From: Candidatus Poseidoniales archaeon
GTDB lineage: Archaea; Thermoplasmatota; Poseidoniia; Poseidoniales; Poseidoniaceae
NCBI GenBank assembly: GCA_013911465.1
Contig: JACETE010000001.1
Coordinates: forward strand, 1 to 53,854
Direction of reading: 5' to 3'
DNA length: 53,854 nt
In this document: piece after piece, positions 46,694 to 53,854 of the stretch
How the letters are laid out: the number at the start of each line of letters is the position of its first letter
Numbering within the stretch: the first letter of the stretch is position 1
Program-made: the position numbers and the translations under genes
Notes under the pieces: generated by a model
What the model was told of the DNA's origin: nothing
The model's database searches: none
Seen by the model: only the letters and a program-made list of their open reading frames with translations

Positions 46694-47914
46694 TCATCCA
46701 TACAAACCTTCAGGGGAAGATGTGTTACCAGATTTGGATTTTTTCTTGTTCAGTCGCTCGATTGCTGCCACCACATCGCTATGCAAAACAGTATCTCGGT
46801 CCGAACGAATTGCGATCATCCCAGCTTCAACACAAGTTGCTTTGAGTTCAGCACCACTGAACCCTTCAGTGGCCTTTGCCATGGCTTTAAGTCGCACATT
46901 TTTCGTGTTCATGGTTGATAGATGAAGGCTCAAGATCGCTTTACGTGACTCTTCTTCGGGAATTGGGATTTCAATAATTCTGTCAAATCGACCAGGGCGT
47001 AAAAGTGCATCATCGAGAATATCAGGACGATTGGTGGCAGCAATAATTTTCACGTGTTCCAATTCATCAAATCCATCCAATTCGGCAAGCAATTGCATCA
47101 ACGTACGTTGAACTTCTCGATCACCACTTGTCGACCCGTCCAACCTTTTGGCGCCTATTGCATCAATTTCGTCAAGGAAGATAATTGATGGAGATTTATC
47201 TTTCGCCAAAGAAAATAATTCTCGTACTAGTCTGCCTCCTTCACCAATGTATTTCTGAGCAAGTTCAGAACCCACCATCCGAATGAAGGTGGCATTGGTA
47301 TGGTGAGCTACCGCCTTTGCCAGCAACGTTTTTCCGCAACCTGGAGGACCGACAAGAAGAACACCTTTTGGAGGTTTGATACCCACCTTCGTAAACAAGT
47401 GTGGTTTTGTCAACGGAAGTTCAATGGCCTCTCGAACGGAAAGAATCTCATCATCAAGTCCTGCTACCATTTCATACGTAGTATCGGGTTTTTCAACCAT
47501 TTCAGAACCACTCACAATTGGATCCCATGCGTCATGAAGAACTTCAACGAGAGAAAGTGAATCTTGGTTCAAAGCAACTCTTGTACCAGGTTTGAGGAGA
47601 TCGGGTTCTATTCGTTGATTGAGGGATACTTGGAATACCGTACCATTTGATGATCGGACAATTGCCCGCTCAGGATCGAGTACGTCTTGCAATGTGCCTA
47701 CTATGAGAGGGGGTGCACGCAAATGCCTGACCTCTTCTTCAAGGCGACCAGCCTGCTTTTTGACGTTCCGAAGTTCAGATTCAATGTGCGTTCGCTCACT
47801 GATCAACTCTTGTGTCTGTTCCTGCAATTGACGATAATCTTGTTCGAGTTTTTGAAATTCATCCTCTCGATGATTTTTCACAGCATCTGAATTTCGTTCA
47901 ACTTCACTGCCCAT
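46694..47914 (-). CDS. pan: Proteasome-activating nucleotidase (PAN, Rpt-like AAA+ ATPase)
   Basis: N-terminal coiled coil, OB domain, Walker A GPPGCGKT, Walker B IIFLDEID, and a C-terminal HbYX-type end (LYG). Confidence 0.95.
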   Translation of the reverse strand: MGSEVERNSDAVKNHREDEFQKLEQDYRQLQEQTQELISERTHIESELRNVKKQAGRLEEEVRHLRAPPLIVGTLQDVLDPERAIVRSSNGTVFQVSLNQRIEPDLLKPGTRVALNQDSLSLVEVLHDAWDPIVSGSEMVEKPDTTYEMVAGLDDEILSVREAIELPLTKPHLFTKVGIKPPKGVLLVGPPGCGKTLLAKAVAHHTNATFIRMVGSELAQKYIGEGGRLVRELFSLAKDKSPSIIFLDEIDAIGAKRLDGSTSGDREVQRTLMQLLAELDGFDELEHVKIIAATNRPDILDDALLRPGRFDRIIEIPIPEEESRKAILSLHLSTMNTKNVRLKAMAKATEGFSGAELKATCVEAGMIAIRSDRDTVLHSDVVAAIERLNKKKSKSGNTSSPEGLYG

Positions 47915-47938
47915 GCCAATCGTTTATTCCTCGGGCCT

Positions 47939-47992
47939 AGGGTTCATCAACTCATCGTAAAGAATTGATTACAACGGCGAAGGGTTCATCAA
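47939..47992. repeat. Exact 12-nt direct repeat AGGGTTCATCAA, two copies 42 nt apart, in the pan / MBF1 divergent intergenic region
   Basis: The copies at 47939..47950 and 47981..47992 were read directly from the sequence. Confidence 0.4.
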
Positions 47993-48022
47993 ATGTCACG
48001 GTGAGGAGAGAATGGGGATACG

Positions 48023-48514
48023 ATGGGGGATTGTGAATTATGCGGAGCCACCAAGGTTTCAATTCGAGAACATCGAGTAAACAAAGCAATGTTGGCAATT
48101 TGTCAGAAATGCGTTGTTCAGATGAACCTAGAGCCTAAACAGGAAGCTCCTGGCCTTGCACGCGCTCGTAGAACCCCTGTGGGGAAACCAAAGCAACGTA
48201 CATTTCGTAAAAACAACATTATGAATAAATCAGAAAAAGAACTTGCAGATGATTTTTCCCGTCGCATTATCAGCGGACGTGAATCAAAGGGGTGGTCACA
48301 AGCAGAACTTGGACAGAGAATGGCGGAGACCATCAACGTCATCAAATCAGCAGAAACTGGGAAAACACCAACCGATTCCGTGGTACGTAAATTCGAAATG
48401 ATTCTTGGGATTGAACTGATGATTGAATCGAGTGGAGAACATCAATCCATGATTGGAAAGAATGCTAACAGCCGTGGAATGACCATTGGAGATTATCTCA
48501 AAGATTTGCGGTGA
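48023..48514 (+). CDS. Archaeal MBF1-type protein (zinc ribbon plus XRE-family HTH)
   Basis: CELCG...CQKC zinc ribbon, then the HTH segment RESKGWSQAELGQRMAETINVIKSAETGKTP. Confidence 0.85.
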   Translation: MGDCELCGATKVSIREHRVNKAMLAICQKCVVQMNLEPKQEAPGLARARRTPVGKPKQRTFRKNNIMNKSEKELADDFSRRIISGRESKGWSQAELGQRMAETINVIKSAETGKTPTDSVVRKFEMILGIELMIESSGEHQSMIGKNANSRGMTIGDYLKDLR

Positions 48515-48518
48515 AAGC

Positions 48519-49061
48519 ATGGACATTCCGGTACATGCCATCTGGCTTGCACAAGATGACCCAAAAAAGAACACAGCGGTCCGAGCATCAAAAGATCAGT
48601 TACTGAGATTGCACAAAGATTTCAGAAGACTACCTAGAAAGGGTATCATTTTGGAACCGTTGTGTGGCAAGGTCCTTGGACCTGAAGACCGGGATCTTTT
48701 CGAACAGAATGGAGCGTTAGTAGGACTTGACTGTTCATGGGCCCAAATCGAGAGCTCCGTTGAACATGTCATGAGAAAGACACGTCTACAACCACGTATG
48801 TTGCCGTTACTACTTGCTGCAAACCCGGTTAATTGGGGGAAGGCTGGAAAGCTCTCCACAGTGGAGGCATTAGCAGCATCTCTCTATTTACTTGGAAGAA
48901 TCGACCAGGCTCGAGAATTGCTGAGTAAATTTCGATGGGGTGAACGATTCTTAGAACTCAATCGCGAGCCATTGGAGGCTTATGCGAATGCCAAGAGTTC
49001 AGCAGAACTTGTAGCGCTACAGTTTGAATTCTTTGATATTGAGGTGGATGATCATGAGTAA
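48519..49061 (+). CDS. tsr3: Tsr3 small-subunit rRNA aminocarboxypropyltransferase (DUF367)
   Basis: DDPKKNTA, LDCSW and LLAANPVNWGKAGKLSTVEALAASLYLLG are typical Tsr3 strings. The ATG at 48519 lies 4 nt after the MBF1 stop. Confidence 0.85.
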   Translation: MDIPVHAIWLAQDDPKKNTAVRASKDQLLRLHKDFRRLPRKGIILEPLCGKVLGPEDRDLFEQNGALVGLDCSWAQIESSVEHVMRKTRLQPRMLPLLLAANPVNWGKAGKLSTVEALAASLYLLGRIDQARELLSKFRWGERFLELNREPLEAYANAKSSAELVALQFEFFDIEVDDHE

Positions 49062-49833
49062 TGGTCAAAAAAAGTTGCCTCTCCAACGTTTATCGAATAC
49101 GGGTATCGAAATTCGAAAGGAAACAGTTGTTGAAGAATTCGCAATTCAATTGACAGCACTTGACAAAACTGGAAACGTGTACTGCCATACAACACTCTTG
49201 GCAACGCCAATGGATCTCATCGAATTGCATATGGGCCATCTCTATGCAGAAGGTTACCTTGATGAAGTGCCATCTGTTGATCACTTTAATCATTCATTTG
49301 ATACACATCATATCGTTCATTATGATTCAATCTGTTCACAACCTATCCGTAACGGCATTGTTACTTCGTCTTGCGGTGCATGTAATCATCCGGATCTTCT
49401 TGTTGACGGTATTACCACGGATTATGATGAACATGAACAGGGCAATTATTCACTCGATAATATTCAAACGGCTTTGGATGAACTCACACAACATATGGTC
49501 CTCTTCAAGGAAAGCGGAGGTTGTCACGGTTCAGCGCTCCGTACTCAGAGCGGAACTGTTGAATTTGTCGCCGAAGATATTGGAAGGCATAATGCAGTTG
49601 ACAAGACAATTGGAAAGGCACTTTCCTCGGATTACGATTCAATGAGTAACTCAATGCTATTGCTTTCAGGCCGGTGCGGATGGGATATTGTAGCCAAAGC
49701 TGTACGTGTTGGAATTCCAGCTATTGCCTCCTTTGGTGCGTTTTCAAGTGCTGCCGTTCAACTAGCTCGTGAACATCAGATTACTCTTTATGGATTCGTG
49801 AGTAACGATGGTGCTTGGAAAGTCGGATATTAA
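49054..49833 (+). CDS. fdhD: FdhD, formate dehydrogenase-family sulfurtransferase accessory protein
   Basis: SSCGAC, ESGGCHGSAL, EDIGRHNAVDK and LLLSGRCGWDIV motifs. The ATG at 49054 overlaps the tsr3 end by 8 nt. Confidence 0.9.
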   Translation: MSNGQKKLPLQRLSNTGIEIRKETVVEEFAIQLTALDKTGNVYCHTTLLATPMDLIELHMGHLYAEGYLDEVPSVDHFNHSFDTHHIVHYDSICSQPIRNGIVTSSCGACNHPDLLVDGITTDYDEHEQGNYSLDNIQTALDELTQHMVLFKESGGCHGSALRTQSGTVEFVAEDIGRHNAVDKTIGKALSSDYDSMSNSMLLLSGRCGWDIVAKAVRVGIPAIASFGAFSSAAVQLAREHQITLYGFVSNDGAWKVGY

Positions 49834-49881
49834 GTTGGATTCCCTCCAAGCATTCATGAGATTGATTGATTTGCCCAAGTT

Positions 49882-52170
49882 ATGAAGGAGACGCACGATG
49901 GCACTACGCCTCCTGATACAGCAGGTTTACGCCTTTCCAAAATCAAGACAACTGCTGCAGGTATTCCTGCGGCAGTTTCTTCCTTGAATCATGGAATACG
50001 CAAAATGGGCCTCACAAAAACGGTTCGTACACTTCTTATGGTCAATCAAAAAGACGGATTTGATTGTCCAGGATGTGCGTGGCCAGATCCTGAACATCGT
50101 ACTTCTTTCGAGTTTTGTGAAAACGGTGCCAAAGCAGTTGCTGATGAAGCTATGAAAGCAAAGGTTGATGCAACTTTTTTCCAAAAATACTCAATTTCAG
50201 ATCTTTTGGAAAAATCTGATTTTTGGTTAAACAGTCAGGGAAGAATTGCTCAACCAATGATTCGTGCACAGGGTTCAACCCATTACCAACCCATAGATTG
50301 GGACGACGCTTTTGATCTGATTTCAGAAGAGATACAATCCATGAGTCATCCTGAGCGAGGCGTTTACTATACTTCAGGTCGAACTTCCAACGAAGCAGCA
50401 TTTCTCTATCAGGCATTGGTCCGAGCACTCGGCTCTAACAACATGCCGGATTGTTCGAATATGTGCCATGAATCAAGTGGTAAAGCATTAACAGAAACCA
50501 TTGGCATCGGTAAAGGAACAGTACATTTGGAAGATTTCAATCACGCAGACCTTATTTTGGTTATCGGACAAAACCCGGGGACAAATCATCCACGTATGCT
50601 AACAGCGCTTCGAGACGCAAAGAAGAGAGGTGCGAAAATAATCAGTATCAATCCTCTTCCTGAAACAGGTTTACAGCGATTCAAACACCCCCAGGATTAC
50701 ATGAATGGTGATTTTCGTTCAACCCAACTTGCAGATCTCTTCGTACCTGTGCGTATTGGTGGTGATGCAGCACTCCTCAAAGGCATCATGAAAGTTCTGC
50801 TCGATACAGGTGCGCTTGATACATCATTTATCGAAAACAAAACCATTGGTTTCGATCAATTCCGAGCATCGCTTGACAAGTATTCATGGGATGAAATCGT
50901 TCATGATTCTGGTATTGAGCGTACCTTGATTGAGGAAATTGCATCTCTCTGTGATGAATCCAATGCTACTATTGCATGTTGGGCAATGGGCTTAACGCAA
51001 CATCGTAACGGTGTTGCTGTTATCCAAGAAGTGGTTAATTTACTCTTGTTGGGTGGCCATATTGGGCGGAAAGGAGCTGGTGTATGTCCAGTTCGAGGTC
51101 ATTCCAATGTTCAAGGCGATCGAACTGTCGGCATATGGGAAGCTCCATCAGAATCGTTCTTACAGAAACTCGAGGAGGGGCTGAATTTCTCGATACCGCG
51201 GAAACACGGTTATGACGTAGTTCATGCTATTCATGCAATGGAACAAGGGAACGTTGACGTATTCATTTCCATGGGGGGTAATTTCCTTTCTGCAACACCA
51301 GATACCAAAAGAACTGCAATCGGATTGCAGAAGGTTGGATTAACTGTGCAGATTTCTACGAAATTGAATCGTAGCCATCTCATTACTGGGGAGACCGCTC
51401 TGATTCTGCCAGTTTTAGGTCGCACCGAAATCGATCTTCAAGAGAGTGGTGAACAATTCGTTACGGTAGAGAATTCTATGGGCGTTGTTCACCGTTCAAA
51501 AGGAAATATGAAACCCGCATCAACCAGCCTCATTAGCGAACCTACCCTTGTAGCCCAACTCGGTGTTCGTTTGTGCCCAGATATGTTGCCATGGAGAGAG
51601 TTCATGAAGAATTACGATAACATTCGTGATCTTATGGAACGCTCACTCAATGGATTTAATGATTATAATCATCGAGTTCGTGAAACAAACGGATTCCTTT
51701 TGCCGAATCCACCACGAGATTCTTGTGAATTCAAAACTGAAAGCGGAAAAGCATCTTTTTCAGTACATCCACTGCCAGACGTTAACATAACCGACGGTCA
51801 TTTTGTGTTGATGACAATCCGAAGTCACGATCAATACAATACAACGATCTATGGATTGCATGATAGATATCGAGGCGTACATGGTAACCGCCGAATTGTA
51901 TTCATGAATGCCCTTGATATGTCTGAAAGGAGTCTCAAGACAAGAGATATCGTCCACATGAAGAGTCATTTTAATGGAACTGTCCGTGAATCTCAAAACT
52001 GGATTGTTGTACCATATGAAATTCCACGTGGCAATCTAGCTGCTTACTTTCCTGAAGCCAATGAACTCGTTCCATTGGACTCCACAGCCCACATCTCCAA
52101 CACACCTACATCAAAATGGATCGAGGTTTCTCTCTCCACTTCAGATGCATCCATCATTGAAGAGGAATGA
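49882..52170 (+). CDS. FdhF/YdeP-family molybdopterin oxidoreductase
   Basis: YdeP-type N-terminus FDCPGCAWPDPEH, NMCHESSG, VIGQNPGTNHPRM, MGLTQHRNG. The reading frame is uninterrupted over 762 aa, with no in-frame TGA. Confidence 0.9.
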   Translation: MKETHDGTTPPDTAGLRLSKIKTTAAGIPAAVSSLNHGIRKMGLTKTVRTLLMVNQKDGFDCPGCAWPDPEHRTSFEFCENGAKAVADEAMKAKVDATFFQKYSISDLLEKSDFWLNSQGRIAQPMIRAQGSTHYQPIDWDDAFDLISEEIQSMSHPERGVYYTSGRTSNEAAFLYQALVRALGSNNMPDCSNMCHESSGKALTETIGIGKGTVHLEDFNHADLILVIGQNPGTNHPRMLTALRDAKKRGAKIISINPLPETGLQRFKHPQDYMNGDFRSTQLADLFVPVRIGGDAALLKGIMKVLLDTGALDTSFIENKTIGFDQFRASLDKYSWDEIVHDSGIERTLIEEIASLCDESNATIACWAMGLTQHRNGVAVIQEVVNLLLLGGHIGRKGAGVCPVRGHSNVQGDRTVGIWEAPSESFLQKLEEGLNFSIPRKHGYDVVHAIHAMEQGNVDVFISMGGNFLSATPDTKRTAIGLQKVGLTVQISTKLNRSHLITGETALILPVLGRTEIDLQESGEQFVTVENSMGVVHRSKGNMKPASTSLISEPTLVAQLGVRLCPDMLPWREFMKNYDNIRDLMERSLNGFNDYNHRVRETNGFLLPNPPRDSCEFKTESGKASFSVHPLPDVNITDGHFVLMTIRSHDQYNTTIYGLHDRYRGVHGNRRIVFMNALDMSERSLKTRDIVHMKSHFNGTVRESQNWIVVPYEIPRGNLAAYFPEANELVPLDSTAHISNTPTSKWIEVSLSTSDASIIEEE

Positions 52171-53444
52171 GTGAAACAATGTCTGATAACGCATACATCC
52201 GTCTTGTTCGAGAGAACAAAACGTATCGTCAATTCTGGATTGCTGCATTCATCTCAATGTTTGGTGAATGGTTCAATACAATTGCATTATTCCTACTTAT
52301 TTTGAAATACACAGATTCAGAATTGCTCCTTGGAATCTTAATGGCTGTTCGAATGGGATGTTTTGCTCTCATGCAACCCTTCTTTGGGTTATTAGCTGAT
52401 CGCGTCAATCGAAAACGATTGATGATCATTACAAACGTTCTCCAAATTTTCTTGGCACTCGCATTCATTGGTGTTGATGGGCCAGAAGATATGTGGTGGA
52501 TGTTCCTTTGCTCCGGTATCATGATGGCATTGCACGGGCTCTATGTGACGGCAGAGCGTGCAGCCTTGCCAAATATCGTTTCAAAGGAAGACCTCACAAC
52601 TGCAAATGCTCTTGATAGTGCAACGTGGTCTACCGCATTGTGTTTAGGAGCATTTGTAGGCGGTCTTGTTGTATCCGAATATGGTGTAACGGTCGCGTTT
52701 ATCATCGACTCAATTACGTTCCTTATTGGCACATTATTGCTTATCCCCTTGACAGTGCCACAAACGTTCGATAAGGCATCTTCCGGGTCTCTCATTACCT
52801 CATCGTTGAAAGATATCTGGATTGGTCAAAGACGAATACAATCCGATCCGCGACTTTTCCGTATCATCTTTGCAAAAACGTCCTGGAATATTGCAGGAGG
52901 GGGATTAGCAGGTGTATTCCTTGTGTTAGCAGGAAACAACATCGATTTTGTTGGTGCTGCCCTAGGTTTTGGTATCTTTTTCTTTGCGAGGGGAGTTGGT
53001 ACGGGTATCGGGCCTATTCTCGCACGTCGGTTCTTCAAAGATTCTGAAAAATGGCCTCGACTTATCGGACTGTTAATTGTAGTGAGTGGAATTTTCTATC
53101 TCTTCGTAGGCTTAAGTTTGGAAGGGCCATTGTTGTTGACATTGGCCTTGGTTACACTCGCACATACTGCGAGTGGCGGTAACTGGGTTCTTTCGACCGT
53201 ACTTACTCAACAATGGGTCGAAGATGAAATGCGCGGAAGAGTCTTTTCCACAGACATGCTCTTGCTTTCAATAGGCCATGTGATTTCCACAATATCTGCC
53301 GGATATCTCATCGAAAACGGGTACGTCAATTTAGAACAAGGAATTATTTCATTCGCCTGTCTCATGATTCTGAGTGGCGTAATCTTCACTGTTTGGAATC
53401 CTAGGCAGAAGAACACAACTCATGCTGACATACTGGTGGCGTGA
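52167..53444 (+). CDS. MFS transporter (EntS/DUF894-like)
   Basis: About 12 TM helices, an N-terminus FWIAAFISMFGEWFNTIAL, and the loop motif GLLADRVNRKRLM. The ATGA start overlaps the oxidoreductase stop. Confidence 0.85.
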   Translation: MSETMSDNAYIRLVRENKTYRQFWIAAFISMFGEWFNTIALFLLILKYTDSELLLGILMAVRMGCFALMQPFFGLLADRVNRKRLMIITNVLQIFLALAFIGVDGPEDMWWMFLCSGIMMALHGLYVTAERAALPNIVSKEDLTTANALDSATWSTALCLGAFVGGLVVSEYGVTVAFIIDSITFLIGTLLLIPLTVPQTFDKASSGSLITSSLKDIWIGQRRIQSDPRLFRIIFAKTSWNIAGGGLAGVFLVLAGNNIDFVGAALGFGIFFFARGVGTGIGPILARRFFKDSEKWPRLIGLLIVVSGIFYLFVGLSLEGPLLLTLALVTLAHTASGGNWVLSTVLTQQWVEDEMRGRVFSTDMLLLSIGHVISTISAGYLIENGYVNLEQGIISFACLMILSGVIFTVWNPRQKNTTHADILVA

Positions 53445-53854
53445 AATAACGCCTTTCATCTGAATCAGGGTCAATAATATCCAACTGCAATGTCGATGTC
53501 TCGCTTTCTTGAATTGTCACGATTGACGATGTGCTTGCTGGAAGGTAATCTTCACCCGTTGATGCAAGGGATACGCGTATTATATGGCCAGACTCGATGA
53601 TCGCATCCAAGGGCATGAATTCCATCTTTGCATTGATTGTCTCAAATACTGGCGTCCACGTTTGAATTTCATCTCCACCTGCATGATATCGTAAATCCAT
53701 GATTGCGTGACCTACGTGAATACAAGTTCCTTCATAACAATCTTCGAGAAGGGCATACAATTGTCCTCCGACAGTAGCTGTTGTTACATCAACATGAAGG
53801 CGGGGCGTACCTGCGATTCGCAAAGCACTTGGAAGTGGCTCGGTTTCCCAGACT
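53401..53854 (-). CDS. 3' part of a CocE/NonD (X-Pro dipeptidyl-peptidase S15) family hydrolase; the 5' end lies beyond the right edge
   Basis: The frame stays open to the window edge (VWETEPLPSALRIAGTPRLHVDV...). The pattern resembles the beta-sandwich C-terminal domain of CocE/NonD hydrolases. Confidence 0.6.
   Translation of the reverse strand, partial: VWETEPLPSALRIAGTPRLHVDVTTATVGGQLYALLEDCYEGTCIHVGHAIMDLRYHAGGDEIQTWTPVFETINAKMEFMPLDAIIESGHIIRVSLASTGEDYLPASTSSIVTIQESETSTLQLDIIDPDSDERRYFTPPVCQHELCSSA

Noticed and set aside
49160-49645. 161-aa alternative-frame ORF inside fdhD
   Set aside because: The fdhD frame carries all the hallmark motifs (SSCGAC, GGCHG, GRHNAVDK). The alternative frame is Ile/Leu/His-rich with no motifs.
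49882-52170. Selenocysteine recoding in the formate-dehydrogenase-like molybdoenzyme
   Set aside because: The reading frame is uninterrupted over 762 aa with no in-frame TGA, which is consistent with Cys-type YdeP-family enzymes.
1-53854. tRNA, rRNA, CRISPR arrays, transposases, integrases or recognisable defence systems
   Set aside because: The largest non-coding gap is about 154 nt and shows no cloverleaf-compatible sequence. No regularly spaced repeats were seen, and no ORF has transposase, integrase, Cas, restriction-modification or toxin-antitoxin hallmarks. The window looks like core chromosome rather than an accessory island.

Overview
The window reads as a compact chromosomal segment of an archaeon. 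The archaeal assignment rests on the proteasome-activating nucleotidase PAN, primase PriS, RFC large subunit, aMBF1, Tsr3, archaeal/eukaryote-type GlyRS and ProRS, SRP54 and a split transketolase. The gene content (large acidic surface proteins, OPT and Trk transporters, aerobic heterotroph-like metabolism) suggests a planktonic Thermoplasmatota/Marine Group II-like euryarchaeote, but that lineage guess cannot be verified here. I call about 41 protein-coding genes, and by these calls roughly 97% of the window is coding. I found no rRNA, tRNA, CRISPR array, transposase or integrase, and no intergenic gap exceeds about 155 nt. Content groups as follows. Information processing: Lhr-like helicase, GlyRS, RFC-L, SRP54, ProRS, PriS, MetRS, PAN, MBF1, Tsr3. 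Transport: TrkAH, OPT, P-type ATPase, CNNM, MFS. Metabolism: non-oxidative pentose phosphate genes, separate formiminotransferase and cyclodeaminase genes, an FdhD plus YdeP-type molybdoenzyme pair, and futalosine-pathway menaquinone genes (mqnE/C-type, mqnA, mqnD). There are also two large membrane-anchored surface proteins. The most unusual item is a 161-aa stand-alone ORF (36730..37215) that looks like exactly one half of eukaryotic deoxyhypusine hydroxylase and is translationally coupled to mqnD. Other points worth a second look: a cysteine-free C-type-lectin-like domain on a 1200-aa surface protein; an Lhr helicase with a roughly 900-aa C-terminal extension containing a duplicated module; an ArsA/Get3-HSP20 gene directly upstream of srp54; a polyproline/acidic-repeat protein downstream of priS; 3' overlap in six of seven convergent gene pairs; and several exact repeats in divergent promoter regions. 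I see no recognisable defence or mobile system. All family assignments come from motif recognition by eye and need profile searches to confirm.
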